A DNA stretch of 64,000 nucleotides from NCBI GenBank assembly GCA_016214345.1, contig JACROR010000001.1, positions 1,264 to 65,263 on the forward strand, written 5' to 3'. The notes beneath the pieces were generated by a model. It did not search any database and was not told the DNA's origin. It was given only the letters and a program-made list of their open reading frames with translations. Source of the DNA: Candidatus Niyogibacteria bacterium. GTDB lineage: Bacteria; Patescibacteriota; Minisyncoccia; JACROR01. Positions 48,790 through 57,715 of this stretch are shown piece after piece (position 1 is the stretch's first letter; each line of letters begins with the position of its first letter). Both the position numbers and the translations under genes were made by a program.

Positions 48790-49524
48790 TTATTTAAGCC
48801 AATTTTCAAAATCTTTCAAAAACTGACCAACAACTTCGTCGGTCTTGAAATGTAAAATCATGTCAGGGAAAAATTTGGGAGGCACGGTAACAATGTGCGC
48901 TCCGGCTAATCCCGCCGCTATCACATCAGTACCATTACGGATACTGCCAACAATAATTTGCGTATCCGGATAAGAACTGTCCAAAAGAGAGCGTACTGCC
49001 GGAACCACATATGCCGGATCAAAATCCTCTTCTTTCATGGCGCCTTTTTTAATAAGTTCGTTTTTTTGCTGAGCGAAATTTTTTTTCGTCCCACCGTCGC
49101 TTATGCGCCCCCAAAAAAGACTCACGAAACTCGCCCCTGCCGCCGCGGCCATCAATGCCTGCGACACGCTCATATTGCAAGTGCAATTAACCGAGAAGCC
49201 CTTCCGGCTTAGCTTGCGTATCACTTCCAACTCATCCCAGCCAATAGGTACTTTTATGCTTAACTGGGGATGTTTAAAAGTTTCCTGAAAGGTTTCGGCT
49301 TGCCGTAAAATCTCTTGAGGATCTTTGGAGAATACCTCCACGCTCAAATGGGCGTCGGGCTGATATTGTTTTATAAGCTCTACAATTTTACCTATATGCT
49401 CGTTAAAATTCCCCTTGGGCTCTTTGGCAAAAAGCGAAGGATTGGTGGTCACGCCCCTCACAAATCCACGCTTAAGCGCGTCTTCTATGTCTGCTAAACG
49501 AGCGGTATCTACAAATAATTTCAT
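48790..49524 (-). CDS. tal: Transaldolase (short TalC/Fsa family)
   Basis: FVDTA, GVTTNPSL, SVEV (Glu), IKVP (Schiff-base Lys), SLFWGRI (Phe), GAHIVTVPP. Confidence 0.88.
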   Translation of the reverse strand: MKLFVDTARLADIEDALKRGFVRGVTTNPSLFAKEPKGNFNEHIGKIVELIKQYQPDAHLSVEVFSKDPQEILRQAETFQETFKHPQLSIKVPIGWDELEVIRKLSRKGFSVNCTCNMSVSQALMAAAAGASFVSLFWGRISDGGTKKNFAQQKNELIKKGAMKEEDFDPAYVVPAVRSLLDSSYPDTQIIVGSIRNGTDVIAAGLAGAHIVTVPPKFFPDMILHFKTDEVVGQFLKDFENWLK

Positions 49525-50081
49525 CACACACCTCCTTTCTCCATATGTGTAATCATTTTTGCCGCAAGCAATAGATTGTTAGCGGCATAATTACAAATAA
49601 CGCCAACATTATAATCCGTTCTTATAAGCACAGTTTTGCAACCCGCCGCTTGTCCCGCCAACATATCGTTTTCAGTATCGCCGATCATATACGACCGGCC
49701 AAGATCAATATTCCATTTTTCCGCTGCCGCCAAAAGCATGCCGGCTTTTGGTTTTCTACATTCACAACCAGCATCCCTGTCATGATAACAAACAAAGATG
49801 TCGTCAAATCCTAAACCGCGTACTTGCGCCATAATATTGTTATAATCTTCTTTCGTAATCATACCGTAAACAAGATCTGGCTGATTAGTAACCAAGATTC
49901 GCAACAAATCCATCTTCCCCATTAGAGTTAAAGCTTTTGGAATATTTGGCTTTATGCGAAATTCCACCAAATTATAGGGAGCAGTGAAGCGCACCTCTTT
50001 GCCAACAACAAAAAAACCTTGACCCCGATCTATCATATCGTTGACAACGCCATCGCGATCAATAAAAACCGCGCGCCTCAT
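49524..50081 (-). CDS. gmhB: Heptose bisphosphate phosphatase (HAD-IIIA)
   Basis: FIDRDGV, VTNQP, CYH...CECRKPKAG, MIGD...D. Confidence 0.88.
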   Translation of the reverse strand: MRRAVFIDRDGVVNDMIDRGQGFFVVGKEVRFTAPYNLVEFRIKPNIPKALTLMGKMDLLRILVTNQPDLVYGMITKEDYNNIMAQVRGLGFDDIFVCYHDRDAGCECRKPKAGMLLAAAEKWNIDLGRSYMIGDTENDMLAGQAAGCKTVLIRTDYNVGVICNYAANNLLLAAKMITHMEKGGV

Positions 50082-50689
50082 ATCAGCTCTTTCAACCGGA
50101 AAGTGATCAGATGCGTTAAGAGAACATGCAAAGATTCAACCAACGGCGTAGATTCCACGGGCACCACCACGCAATGATGGCACATGGTCTTCATAGCTCC
50201 GCCATCAAATCCGGAAAATCCTATGGTTAAACCGTCATTGTCTTTTACATACTGGATCGCCTGAAGCAAATTCTGCGACCAAGCGCCATCTTTGTCCGAA
50301 CCCGAACCGCCGTGAACGCTGAAAGCGATAAGAATATCGCCGGGAGCATAAAGGGTCCGCAGCTGTTCCACAAAAAGGCTTCCCTTGCCCCAATCGTTCA
50401 CCAAAGCGCTCGTCAAAGGTATATTATCCACCAAAGAAATAGCCGCAATTCCTTTGCACCCAGCGTTGGATACCACGGTCTTCATTAAATCTGCAGCGAA
50501 ATGGGTCGCGGTGGAAGCAGAGCCGCCGTTACCGATAAGAAATACTTGTTGACGGCTAAACCAGGCATGAAATAATGCTTCTATGATCTCTTCCAACTCC
50601 GGCTTGGCCAATTTAAGCAACTCAGTCGCTCGTTCAGTATCCGCAAAAAATTTCTTAAAATAAGCATCACTATCATTCTGGTAAGACAT
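50078..50689 (-). CDS. gmhA: Phosphoheptose isomerase (SIS domain)
   Basis: GNGGSASTATHFAADL, VNDWG, SVHGGSG, GFDGG, ESLH. Confidence 0.85.
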   Translation of the reverse strand: MSYQNDSDAYFKKFFADTERATELLKLAKPELEEIIEALFHAWFSRQQVFLIGNGGSASTATHFAADLMKTVVSNAGCKGIAAISLVDNIPLTSALVNDWGKGSLFVEQLRTLYAPGDILIAFSVHGGSGSDKDGAWSQNLLQAIQYVKDNDGLTIGFSGFDGGAMKTMCHHCVVVPVESTPLVESLHVLLTHLITFRLKELI

Positions 50690-50774
50690 ATCGGTCCTCC
50701 TTGATCTATTTGATTATTAAATAACTTTCTTGACTTGTCATTATCAAAGCACGGAAACAAAATTTTATCAATAC

Positions 50775-50802
50775 AAAAGCGGGCAGTATTTCTGCCCGCT
50801 TT
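50775..50802 (-). terminator. Terminator after the GHMP kinase
   Basis: AAAGCGGGCAG / CTGCCCGCTTT. Confidence 0.75.
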
Positions 50803-50806
50803 AAAT

Positions 50807-51793
50807 TCAAAGATTTATTACCGTGGCCCGCGCGCCCATCTCATCGATCTGCAAATTCATTTCCCGCAGATCAAAGTTCTTCAGCGCGCTTTGCACGGAT
50901 CGCTTATCGCTCTCCGAACGGCAATAGAACATAAAATATCCTCCGCCGCCCGCGCCCATGATCTTGCCGCCCAGCGCTCCGGCCCGTTTGGCGCTCGCGT
51001 ATACATCATCTAACCAAGCGTTAGTCATATTGACGGACATCTCTTTTTTAATATTCCAATGCTCATCCATCAATGCCCCAAAGGTGTCCAGATCCCCCCG
51101 CGTAAAAGCGCCGAGTATCTCTTGCCCAATCTTCTTGGTCTTGTGCTTTAATTCAAGCACCCTTTGATGATCCTGCGCGTCTAAAAGCGACTTGCTGTTG
51201 CGCCTGATACCGGTGTAATAAAACAAAGTATTGAGCAAAAACGTGTCTATCGTTTCAGGCGCGATCACCGGCCTGCTCACAGAGACCTTGCCATCCTTAT
51301 CAATATCCAAAACCACGAAACCGCCCAAAGCGCAGACATATGGATCCTGTTTACCGTCGGGTAAGTCCAAATTTTGCGTCATCAAGAATGATTGCTCCGC
51401 CGCTTCCAGGTTGTTCATCTCGGCGCCTTTGTATAAGGACAGTCCCTTTAAAAGGCCGACCGAACATGCTCCGGAAGACCCAAGACCGGTCCCCGCGGGA
51501 GTATCCGCCTTGAAAGACACAGCGATTTTGTTCTGGATTCCCATCATTTTAAGCGCCTCTTTGCCCAAGATATGCTTTAAACTGCCGGCGGAAGACTCAT
51601 ATTCATACTGCGTATAATGCATATGAACATAATCGTCGCTCACGGGTTTTTTGATAAAAATATCCACGTACATATTGATAGTCGCCGCGAATATAAAGCC
51701 CCCGTATTTTTGATAATAAGACGGCATATCCGTGGAACCTCCGCCCAAAGATATGCGAAACGGTGTCCGACTGAGAATGATCGGTGAATTCAT
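50807..51793 (-). CDS. hddA: GHMP sugar kinase (heptose-7-phosphate kinase, HddA/LmbP type)
   Basis: RTPFRISLGGGSTD, PAGTGLGSSG, GKQD, GGKIMGAGGGG. Confidence 0.85.
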   Translation of the reverse strand: MNSPIILSRTPFRISLGGGSTDMPSYYQKYGGFIFAATINMYVDIFIKKPVSDDYVHMHYTQYEYESSAGSLKHILGKEALKMMGIQNKIAVSFKADTPAGTGLGSSGACSVGLLKGLSLYKGAEMNNLEAAEQSFLMTQNLDLPDGKQDPYVCALGGFVVLDIDKDGKVSVSRPVIAPETIDTFLLNTLFYYTGIRRNSKSLLDAQDHQRVLELKHKTKKIGQEILGAFTRGDLDTFGALMDEHWNIKKEMSVNMTNAWLDDVYASAKRAGALGGKIMGAGGGGYFMFYCRSESDKRSVQSALKNFDLREMNLQIDEMGARATVINL

Positions 51794-51887
51794 TTTACGC
51801 TCCTTTTAAAATTTAAAGGTTCTTATTCAATTTATTGCTTGCCATGATTGTAGTATACTAAACGAATCAGAGTCAATAATAATCAAC

Positions 51888-52778
51888 ATGAAGATCTCCG
51901 ATCCCCAATTCATTAATATATTAAGCTGCCCATTGTGCCAAAACGATCTGCATGACAGAAAAGATAATATGGCGTGCGAACAATGCGGCATGTCTTACCC
52001 TATCCGGACATCTGCAATATATCTGGCGCCAAAAGGCGATCAACTGCTCCGCCAGTACCGCGAAGAAGCCCGATCTCCGATCAACCGCTTCAAAGCTCTT
52101 ATCAAAACATGGCCGTGGCTATTTGATATTCTGACACTCGCCATCGGCAGCGTGTCTTTCTTCGGACAATCCGCCAAAACCACCATCAAAAAAACATATG
52201 GTAACAATACACAAGACAAGATCATCATCAATATCGGTTCCGGCATAAGCCGGCCTCACCCGGCAGCGCTTAATTTGGACATCTTCCCGTTTAAAAATGT
52301 GGATATAGTGGCCAGCGCCACGGCACTTCCCTTTAAAGACAATTCCGTGGATATGATCATAAGCGAATCAACTCTGGAACACATCCCGGACGGAGAAACC
52401 GCCATCAAAGAGATCATGCGCACGGTAAAACCGGGCGGCATGGTTTACATCACCATACCGTTTTTAATGCCGTTCCACGCTTCTCCCAACGACTACATGC
52501 GCTTGACCCATGAAGGCTTGAAACAAAAATTTTCGGCATTCGAGCCGATCAAAATCGGTATGAGGGGCGGACCCGCTTCCGCGCTGATCACCTTTCTGAT
52601 GTATTTTTTCGCGCTTCCCTTCTCCCTAATATCGGAAAGTGCTTATAATTTCGCGACTTATTTTTTTATGGTAATTCTATCGCCGCTTCGCATTTTTGAC
52701 CTGTTATTTTTCCTCTTTCCCAAATCCATAGAAACCGCGACCATCATATACTTCGTCGGCAAGAAAAAAAATATTTAA
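51888..52778 (+). CDS. SAM methyltransferase with N-terminal Trm112-like Zn finger
   Basis: LSCPLC...CEQC, NIGSG, LPFKDNSVD, LEHI, PFHASPNDY. Confidence 0.85.
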   Translation: MKISDPQFINILSCPLCQNDLHDRKDNMACEQCGMSYPIRTSAIYLAPKGDQLLRQYREEARSPINRFKALIKTWPWLFDILTLAIGSVSFFGQSAKTTIKKTYGNNTQDKIIINIGSGISRPHPAALNLDIFPFKNVDIVASATALPFKDNSVDMIISESTLEHIPDGETAIKEIMRTVKPGGMVYITIPFLMPFHASPNDYMRLTHEGLKQKFSAFEPIKIGMRGGPASALITFLMYFFALPFSLISESAYNFATYFFMVILSPLRIFDLLFFLFPKSIETATIIYFVGKKKNI

Positions 52779-53692
52779 GCAGTTTCTCTGTAATATTCAA
52801 CGGCGCGACACAATCCTTCTTCCAAGGTCACTTCCGGCTTCCAACCGAGTTCTTTTTTAATTTTGCCAACATGGGCTATTAAAATTGTAGGGTCTCCGGC
52901 ACGATCCCCCATGTGTTTTATTTCAAATGTCCTCCCCATGATTTTTTCCAATTTATGAAAGATATCATGCATGACAAAACCTTTACCACCGGCCACATTA
53001 TAAACACGGCATCCTTTTCCTTTTTCTGCCGCGAGTAAATTGGCGCGAACCACATCGCCCACAAAAATATAATCTTTTTTCTGTTTGCCCTGCCAATACA
53101 TCGGCACCGGTCTGCCCGCGAGCATCGCCTTGATCCAACTCGGCACAGCGCGGGTAACCGGCCTTTGTTCGTCTCCCGGACCATAAACATTGAAATACCG
53201 CAAAGAAACACTCTCTATGCCAAAAGCGTGATAATAAGCGCTCAACGCATGCTCAAAAGCGAACTTTGCCGCGCCATAAGGATTAACCGGCTCTTTGACA
53301 TCGTTTTCCCGTATGGGGACCCGTTTAGGTTCGCCGTAAACTCCCGCGGTCGAAGAATAAATGATCTTTTTTACGCCCGTTTTTCTCATGGCGTCCAAGA
53401 TCTTTATGCCGTTCATGAAATTATTCTCAAAATAAAGCGGTGGGTTTTCCAAAGAAATTTTTATGATACCGGTTGCCGCCAAATGAAATACGACGTCTTT
53501 ACCCGCGAGCAATTTTCCCAACAATTGAGTATCACCGATAGAGCCGCGTACCAACTTGGCCCGTTTATCGATCTCGGTTCGGCCGCTGGAAGAAAAATCA
53601 TCCAGCGCGACAACCTCATGCCCTTTATCGCATAAATATGTGACTAAATTCGAACCTATAAAGCCAGCTCCGCCGGTAACCAACGCTTTCAT
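52775..53692 (-). CDS. NAD-dependent NDP-sugar epimerase (GalE-like), tandem copy 2
   Basis: MKALVTGGAGFIGSNLV, NPYGAAK, LRYFNVYGP. Confidence 0.9.
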   Translation of the reverse strand: MKALVTGGAGFIGSNLVTYLCDKGHEVVALDDFSSSGRTEIDKRAKLVRGSIGDTQLLGKLLAGKDVVFHLAATGIIKISLENPPLYFENNFMNGIKILDAMRKTGVKKIIYSSTAGVYGEPKRVPIRENDVKEPVNPYGAAKFAFEHALSAYYHAFGIESVSLRYFNVYGPGDEQRPVTRAVPSWIKAMLAGRPVPMYWQGKQKKDYIFVGDVVRANLLAAEKGKGCRVYNVAGGKGFVMHDIFHKLEKIMGRTFEIKHMGDRAGDPTILIAHVGKIKKELGWKPEVTLEEGLCRAVEYYRETA

Positions 53693-53701
53693 AAACAATA
53701 A

Positions 53702-54622
53702 TTAAATTACATTAGTTTTAAAATATTCTATGGTACGTTTAAGCCCATCTTCAATGCCAACCTCGGGTTTCCAACTCAATTCTTTTTTAATGCGAGACGT
53801 GTCCGCTACCGCATATTTAGGATCTCCGGACCGCTCTCCCATGTCTTTCAGATCAAGGCGCCTACCCAAGATCTTCTCTATCTTCTTTAAAATATCTATC
53901 ATCCAAATACCTGTTCCGCTTCCCACATTGTAAACGCGAAAGCCTCTCCCCTTCTCGGCTGCGAACAAATTGGCGCGCGCTATATCTTCTACAAAAATAT
54001 AATCGCGTTTCTGCCGGCCCTTCCAATAATAAGGCATAGGCCGGCCACGCAAAGCGGCTTTGAGCCACTGCGGTATGGCTCGGGTGCTTTCCGCCTGCTC
54101 ATCATTCGGGCCGTAAACATTGAAAAATCGCAAAGCTATGCCCTCAATGCCGAAAGAATGATAATAAGCGCTCATGGCATGCTCGAACGCGAGCTTTGAC
54201 GCGCCATAAGGATTTATGGGACCTATGGGATCGTCTTCCGCGACTGGAGTCTTTTTGCGGCCATCATAAGACGCGGCGCTTGAGGCATAAACCATTTTTT
54301 TAACACCGGCTTTTTTCATGGCTTCCAATAAAATAATGCCGTTCATAAAATTATTCTGAAAATAAACCGCCGGATTGGTCATGGAATAAGTAATGGTGGA
54401 AAATCCCGCCAAATGGAAAACCACATCAATGCCGGGCAAAATTTTTCCCAGCAATTTTGGATCGGCGATCGAGCCTTTATAAAATTTGACACGCTCGTCC
54501 ACTAATTTGCGAAATCCGGAAGATAGGTCGTCAATCACGATGACTTCATGCCTCTTATCGCAAAGAAGTTTTACCAAATTTGAACCGATAAATCCGGCTC
54601 CGCCGGTAACTAATGCTTTCAT
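53702..54622 (-). CDS. NAD-dependent NDP-sugar epimerase (GalE-like), tandem copy 1
   Basis: MKALVTGGAGFIGSNLV, NPYGASK, LRFFNVYGP. Confidence 0.9.
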   Translation of the reverse strand: MKALVTGGAGFIGSNLVKLLCDKRHEVIVIDDLSSGFRKLVDERVKFYKGSIADPKLLGKILPGIDVVFHLAGFSTITYSMTNPAVYFQNNFMNGIILLEAMKKAGVKKMVYASSAASYDGRKKTPVAEDDPIGPINPYGASKLAFEHAMSAYYHSFGIEGIALRFFNVYGPNDEQAESTRAIPQWLKAALRGRPMPYYWKGRQKRDYIFVEDIARANLFAAEKGRGFRVYNVGSGTGIWMIDILKKIEKILGRRLDLKDMGERSGDPKYAVADTSRIKKELSWKPEVGIEDGLKRTIEYFKTNVI

Positions 54623-55377
54623 TATATTTTTTTATAATGCGTTTTCTGCCAAAGTTTATAAGTGTCCCGCAAAAATCCCGTTATTACCGAAAGTTTAACC
54701 AACGCTATTATCTTGCCTCTTTTGCCAACTTCGGAATCCGCGAACCCCGTAAGACGATAATAATGATGGACCCCAACCTCTCCGATAGTATAACCATTTT
54801 GAAGCGCCGACAAATATATCTCGGCGTTTATGACTCCTTGCGTCAGATCAGGTAAAAAATCCACGCCATCAATAATCTTCCTCTTATAAAGCTTGAAGGC
54901 GCAATTTATATCTTTTAATTTCAATCCAAACAACCACCTTAATGTTAAATTATAAAACCACGACATCCATATACGCATAAGCGGATCATTACGTTTCAAT
55001 TTATAGCCGGTCACTATGTCGTATTTATCCAGCAACGGTAAAAGCAGGTCCATCTCCTTAATGTCAAACTGGCGATCACCATCCGTATAAAATATAAGGT
55101 CTTTTGTGGAACTCCTAAAGCCGTCACGAAGCACATTGGCATAGCCGAAATTTTTTTCACGAGCCACAAGTTTTAAATTAGGGGTCGTCGTCGCCAATTC
55201 CCGAACTATGGGGTCGGTGCTGTCCGTGCTTCCATGGCTCATTACCAAAATTTCATAATCTTTGAACCGGCTTTTTAAATATTGATCTGCCTCCAAAACA
55301 ATATCTCTAATACACCCCTCTTCATTGAAGGCCGGCAAAAATACGGAAATGCTTTTTCCCATAAAACCCGTTATCAT
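54622..55377 (-). CDS. GT2 glycosyltransferase, polyprenol-phosphate sugar synthase-like (DPM/GtrB type)
   Basis: PAFNEE, GSTDST, NFGYA, YTDGDRQF, DINCAFKL. Confidence 0.85.
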   Translation of the reverse strand: MITGFMGKSISVFLPAFNEEGCIRDIVLEADQYLKSRFKDYEILVMSHGSTDSTDPIVRELATTTPNLKLVAREKNFGYANVLRDGFRSSTKDLIFYTDGDRQFDIKEMDLLLPLLDKYDIVTGYKLKRNDPLMRIWMSWFYNLTLRWLFGLKLKDINCAFKLYKRKIIDGVDFLPDLTQGVINAEIYLSALQNGYTIGEVGVHHYYRLTGFADSEVGKRGKIIALVKLSVITGFLRDTYKLWQKTHYKKI

Positions 55378-55391
55378 TCACTTCATTATAT

Positions 55392-55420
55392 AAAAAAACG
55401 GGGTCTTTTCAACCCCGCTT
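55392..55420 (-). terminator. Terminator after the B12 radical SAM gene
   Basis: CGGGGT / ACCCCG stem with a T tract on the minus strand. Confidence 0.6.
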
Positions 55421-55431
55421 CTTAAATAAAA

Positions 55432-56955
55432 TCAATCTTCGTTACCGCGCCATCGATGGCCAACGCTCTGTTTTAACCGCATGGCCACATGTTCCGCGGT
55501 ATTAATCTCGCGCCAAGCCGCATCCCGTAATTCCATAATACGCTCAGGCGGGACAACAGTATTTTTCATGACCGCATTTTTCCAATTCATGGCGTCAGGA
55601 TCAAAATCCCGATCCAAATATCCGCGACTCACGGCCAGCTCGTACAACTTACTGCCCGGAAAAGGGATGGGTATAAAAAAGGTGCAATAAGCCGCTCCGG
55701 CATCCACCAATCTCTTGCCCAAATCAATGCTCAAACGCATCTCCTGCTCGGTCTCATCCGGAAATCCGATCATCATATTGATAGGACAAACGATCCCAAC
55801 TTTAACTGCCGCGCGCACCAATCCAACCACATCCAGGGAATCCAGATCCAATTTGGATGTCGCGTACGTATCCAATATGCGCTGAGACCCTGACTCCACC
55901 GGAAACACTATCTGGTCAAAACCTACGGATTTCAACAATTCCAGGAATGGAATGTCGATCGCCCACTTTTTATCCTTGCCCCTGGTCCTGAAATTGACGA
56001 GATTAACCCCGTTAACATTAGCGATCTCCAAGCCAAGGCCAACAACTCGCTTAAAAATAGACTGGGCTCTGGATCTATTTGCCAACAAGCTGTCGTCTTC
56101 AAAATATATCTTTTTAACGCCCAATGACTGCAAGATATTTATTTCTTGCAGCACCCTGTTCACGGACTTGGTGCGCAGAACTCCTATATCGCCGGACACA
56201 CCTTCTTTCTCCTTGGATATGTGGCAATACATGCATTGGAACGGGCAGCCCCTGGATGTCATCATAGGAGCATATCGCACGCTCGCGGAATGTATAACCC
56301 CATGCGGTGAAGCGATATGATCGTAATGATCAAAGGGCAATTTATACCATGCGGGGAACGGCAATTCATCCAGATCAGTTATGAGATCTGACGGCGAAAC
56401 GGCCACTTTAATGTAGCTTTCGCCTTTCTTGAACATGATACCCGACAACCCTTCAAAGCTGCCGCCTTTAGCCCACTCATTTATCAAACGAACTAGGATT
56501 TTTTCTCCCTCACCCGAACATATCACATCCACATTGCCGCTATCCAAAAAATGCTCCGCTAAATTTCTGGCATTAACACCGCCGGCAATAACCAAAATGT
56601 TAGGATCAACGCCTTTAGCCGCCGCGGCAACTTCCAAAGCCATTCTCGTTTGCGGAGTAAAATTGGCATTGATACCCACGACATTGTATGCGCCCCGAAC
56701 AATAAATTCTTTTATTCTATCCTTTGACATGCCAATCCGTATCAATCCGCTCGGCAACGCTATTCCGTTATAAAAAGTATCATTTAAGCTGTCAGACGCA
56801 GCCCCGACGGACGCATCCAAAATATCCGCCTCAAAACCAGCCCGCTCCAATGCTCCGGCCAAATAAAGTAGCCCCAACGAACCATCGGGTCTCGGAGTTT
56901 CAATCGGCATTAACTGATTAGGAGGATAAACGAGCAATATTTTAGGAACTTTCAT
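55432..56955 (-). CDS. Cobalamin-binding (class B) radical SAM protein
   Basis: LGLLYLAG, AGGVNA, GEGE, TSRGCPFQCMYC, FEDD, ESGSQRIL, GFPDET, PFPGS. Confidence 0.9.
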   Translation of the reverse strand: MKVPKILLVYPPNQLMPIETPRPDGSLGLLYLAGALERAGFEADILDASVGAASDSLNDTFYNGIALPSGLIRIGMSKDRIKEFIVRGAYNVVGINANFTPQTRMALEVAAAAKGVDPNILVIAGGVNARNLAEHFLDSGNVDVICSGEGEKILVRLINEWAKGGSFEGLSGIMFKKGESYIKVAVSPSDLITDLDELPFPAWYKLPFDHYDHIASPHGVIHSASVRYAPMMTSRGCPFQCMYCHISKEKEGVSGDIGVLRTKSVNRVLQEINILQSLGVKKIYFEDDSLLANRSRAQSIFKRVVGLGLEIANVNGVNLVNFRTRGKDKKWAIDIPFLELLKSVGFDQIVFPVESGSQRILDTYATSKLDLDSLDVVGLVRAAVKVGIVCPINMMIGFPDETEQEMRLSIDLGKRLVDAGAAYCTFFIPIPFPGSKLYELAVSRGYLDRDFDPDAMNWKNAVMKNTVVPPERIMELRDAAWREINTAEHVAMRLKQSVGHRWRGNED

Positions 56956-57012
56956 TGCCAGTCTCCTTCGCACACATTATTGTTAAAGTACTTCGTTACA
57001 TTAACAAAAAGA

Positions 57013-57687
57013 TTAATAATTTTTATTGAACTTGTCAATCTCCGCCTTGGTAGAAAAAGATAAATTGTCTCTGCCTCTGACCGACATAACTCTATGAGTC
57101 TTGATGAATTTTTTCATCATGGAAGTAATATAATATTCTCCGTTACGATGCTTGATCGGACGATATTTAAAAATATCAGAATTGATGACCATCAAGCCTC
57201 CCACCACAAAATTAGACTTCGGATTCTTCGGCTTTTCTTCAACATCCACGATCCTGCCACGCGCAAGCGTAACCACGGCGGATTCCTCGGGCTTATCATA
57301 ATATTTAGTAAGCCAACTGAATTTGTTTTTAAGACAATGGACGACCTCTTTTTTCGTAGGCAATTCATCGGCATAAATCAGCAGAAAACGCTCACTCTTC
57401 TTAAAATATTGCTTCGTTAAAAGCAAACTATGCGCCGTGCCTAAATTTATTTTATCATTCACAACATAAATTATTTTTTTACCTCGATAACTGTTACCCA
57501 AAAAACCCTTTATCATCTTGCCCTTATAGCCGATAACTATGATGATTTCGTCAACCGACGAAGGCAGGGCATTCAATATATGCTCCAAAAAAGTCTTGCC
57601 ACGCACCCTTACCAGCGGCTTAGGTTTTCTCATGGTGAGCGGCCGCATTCTTTTCCCTTTTCCGGCCGCTAAAATTATCGCTTTCAT
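57013..57687 (-). CDS. Sugar-phosphate nucleotidyltransferase
   Basis: ILAAGKGKRMRPLT..KPKPL, LGTAHSL, EEKP, GEYY. Confidence 0.85.
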   Translation of the reverse strand: MKAIILAAGKGKRMRPLTMRKPKPLVRVRGKTFLEHILNALPSSVDEIIIVIGYKGKMIKGFLGNSYRGKKIIYVVNDKINLGTAHSLLLTKQYFKKSERFLLIYADELPTKKEVVHCLKNKFSWLTKYYDKPEESAVVTLARGRIVDVEEKPKNPKSNFVVGGLMVINSDIFKYRPIKHRNGEYYITSMMKKFIKTHRVMSVRGRDNLSFSTKAEIDKFNKNY

Positions 57688-57715
57688 ATCTTTATTGTGG
57701 TGCTATTAGATAAAA

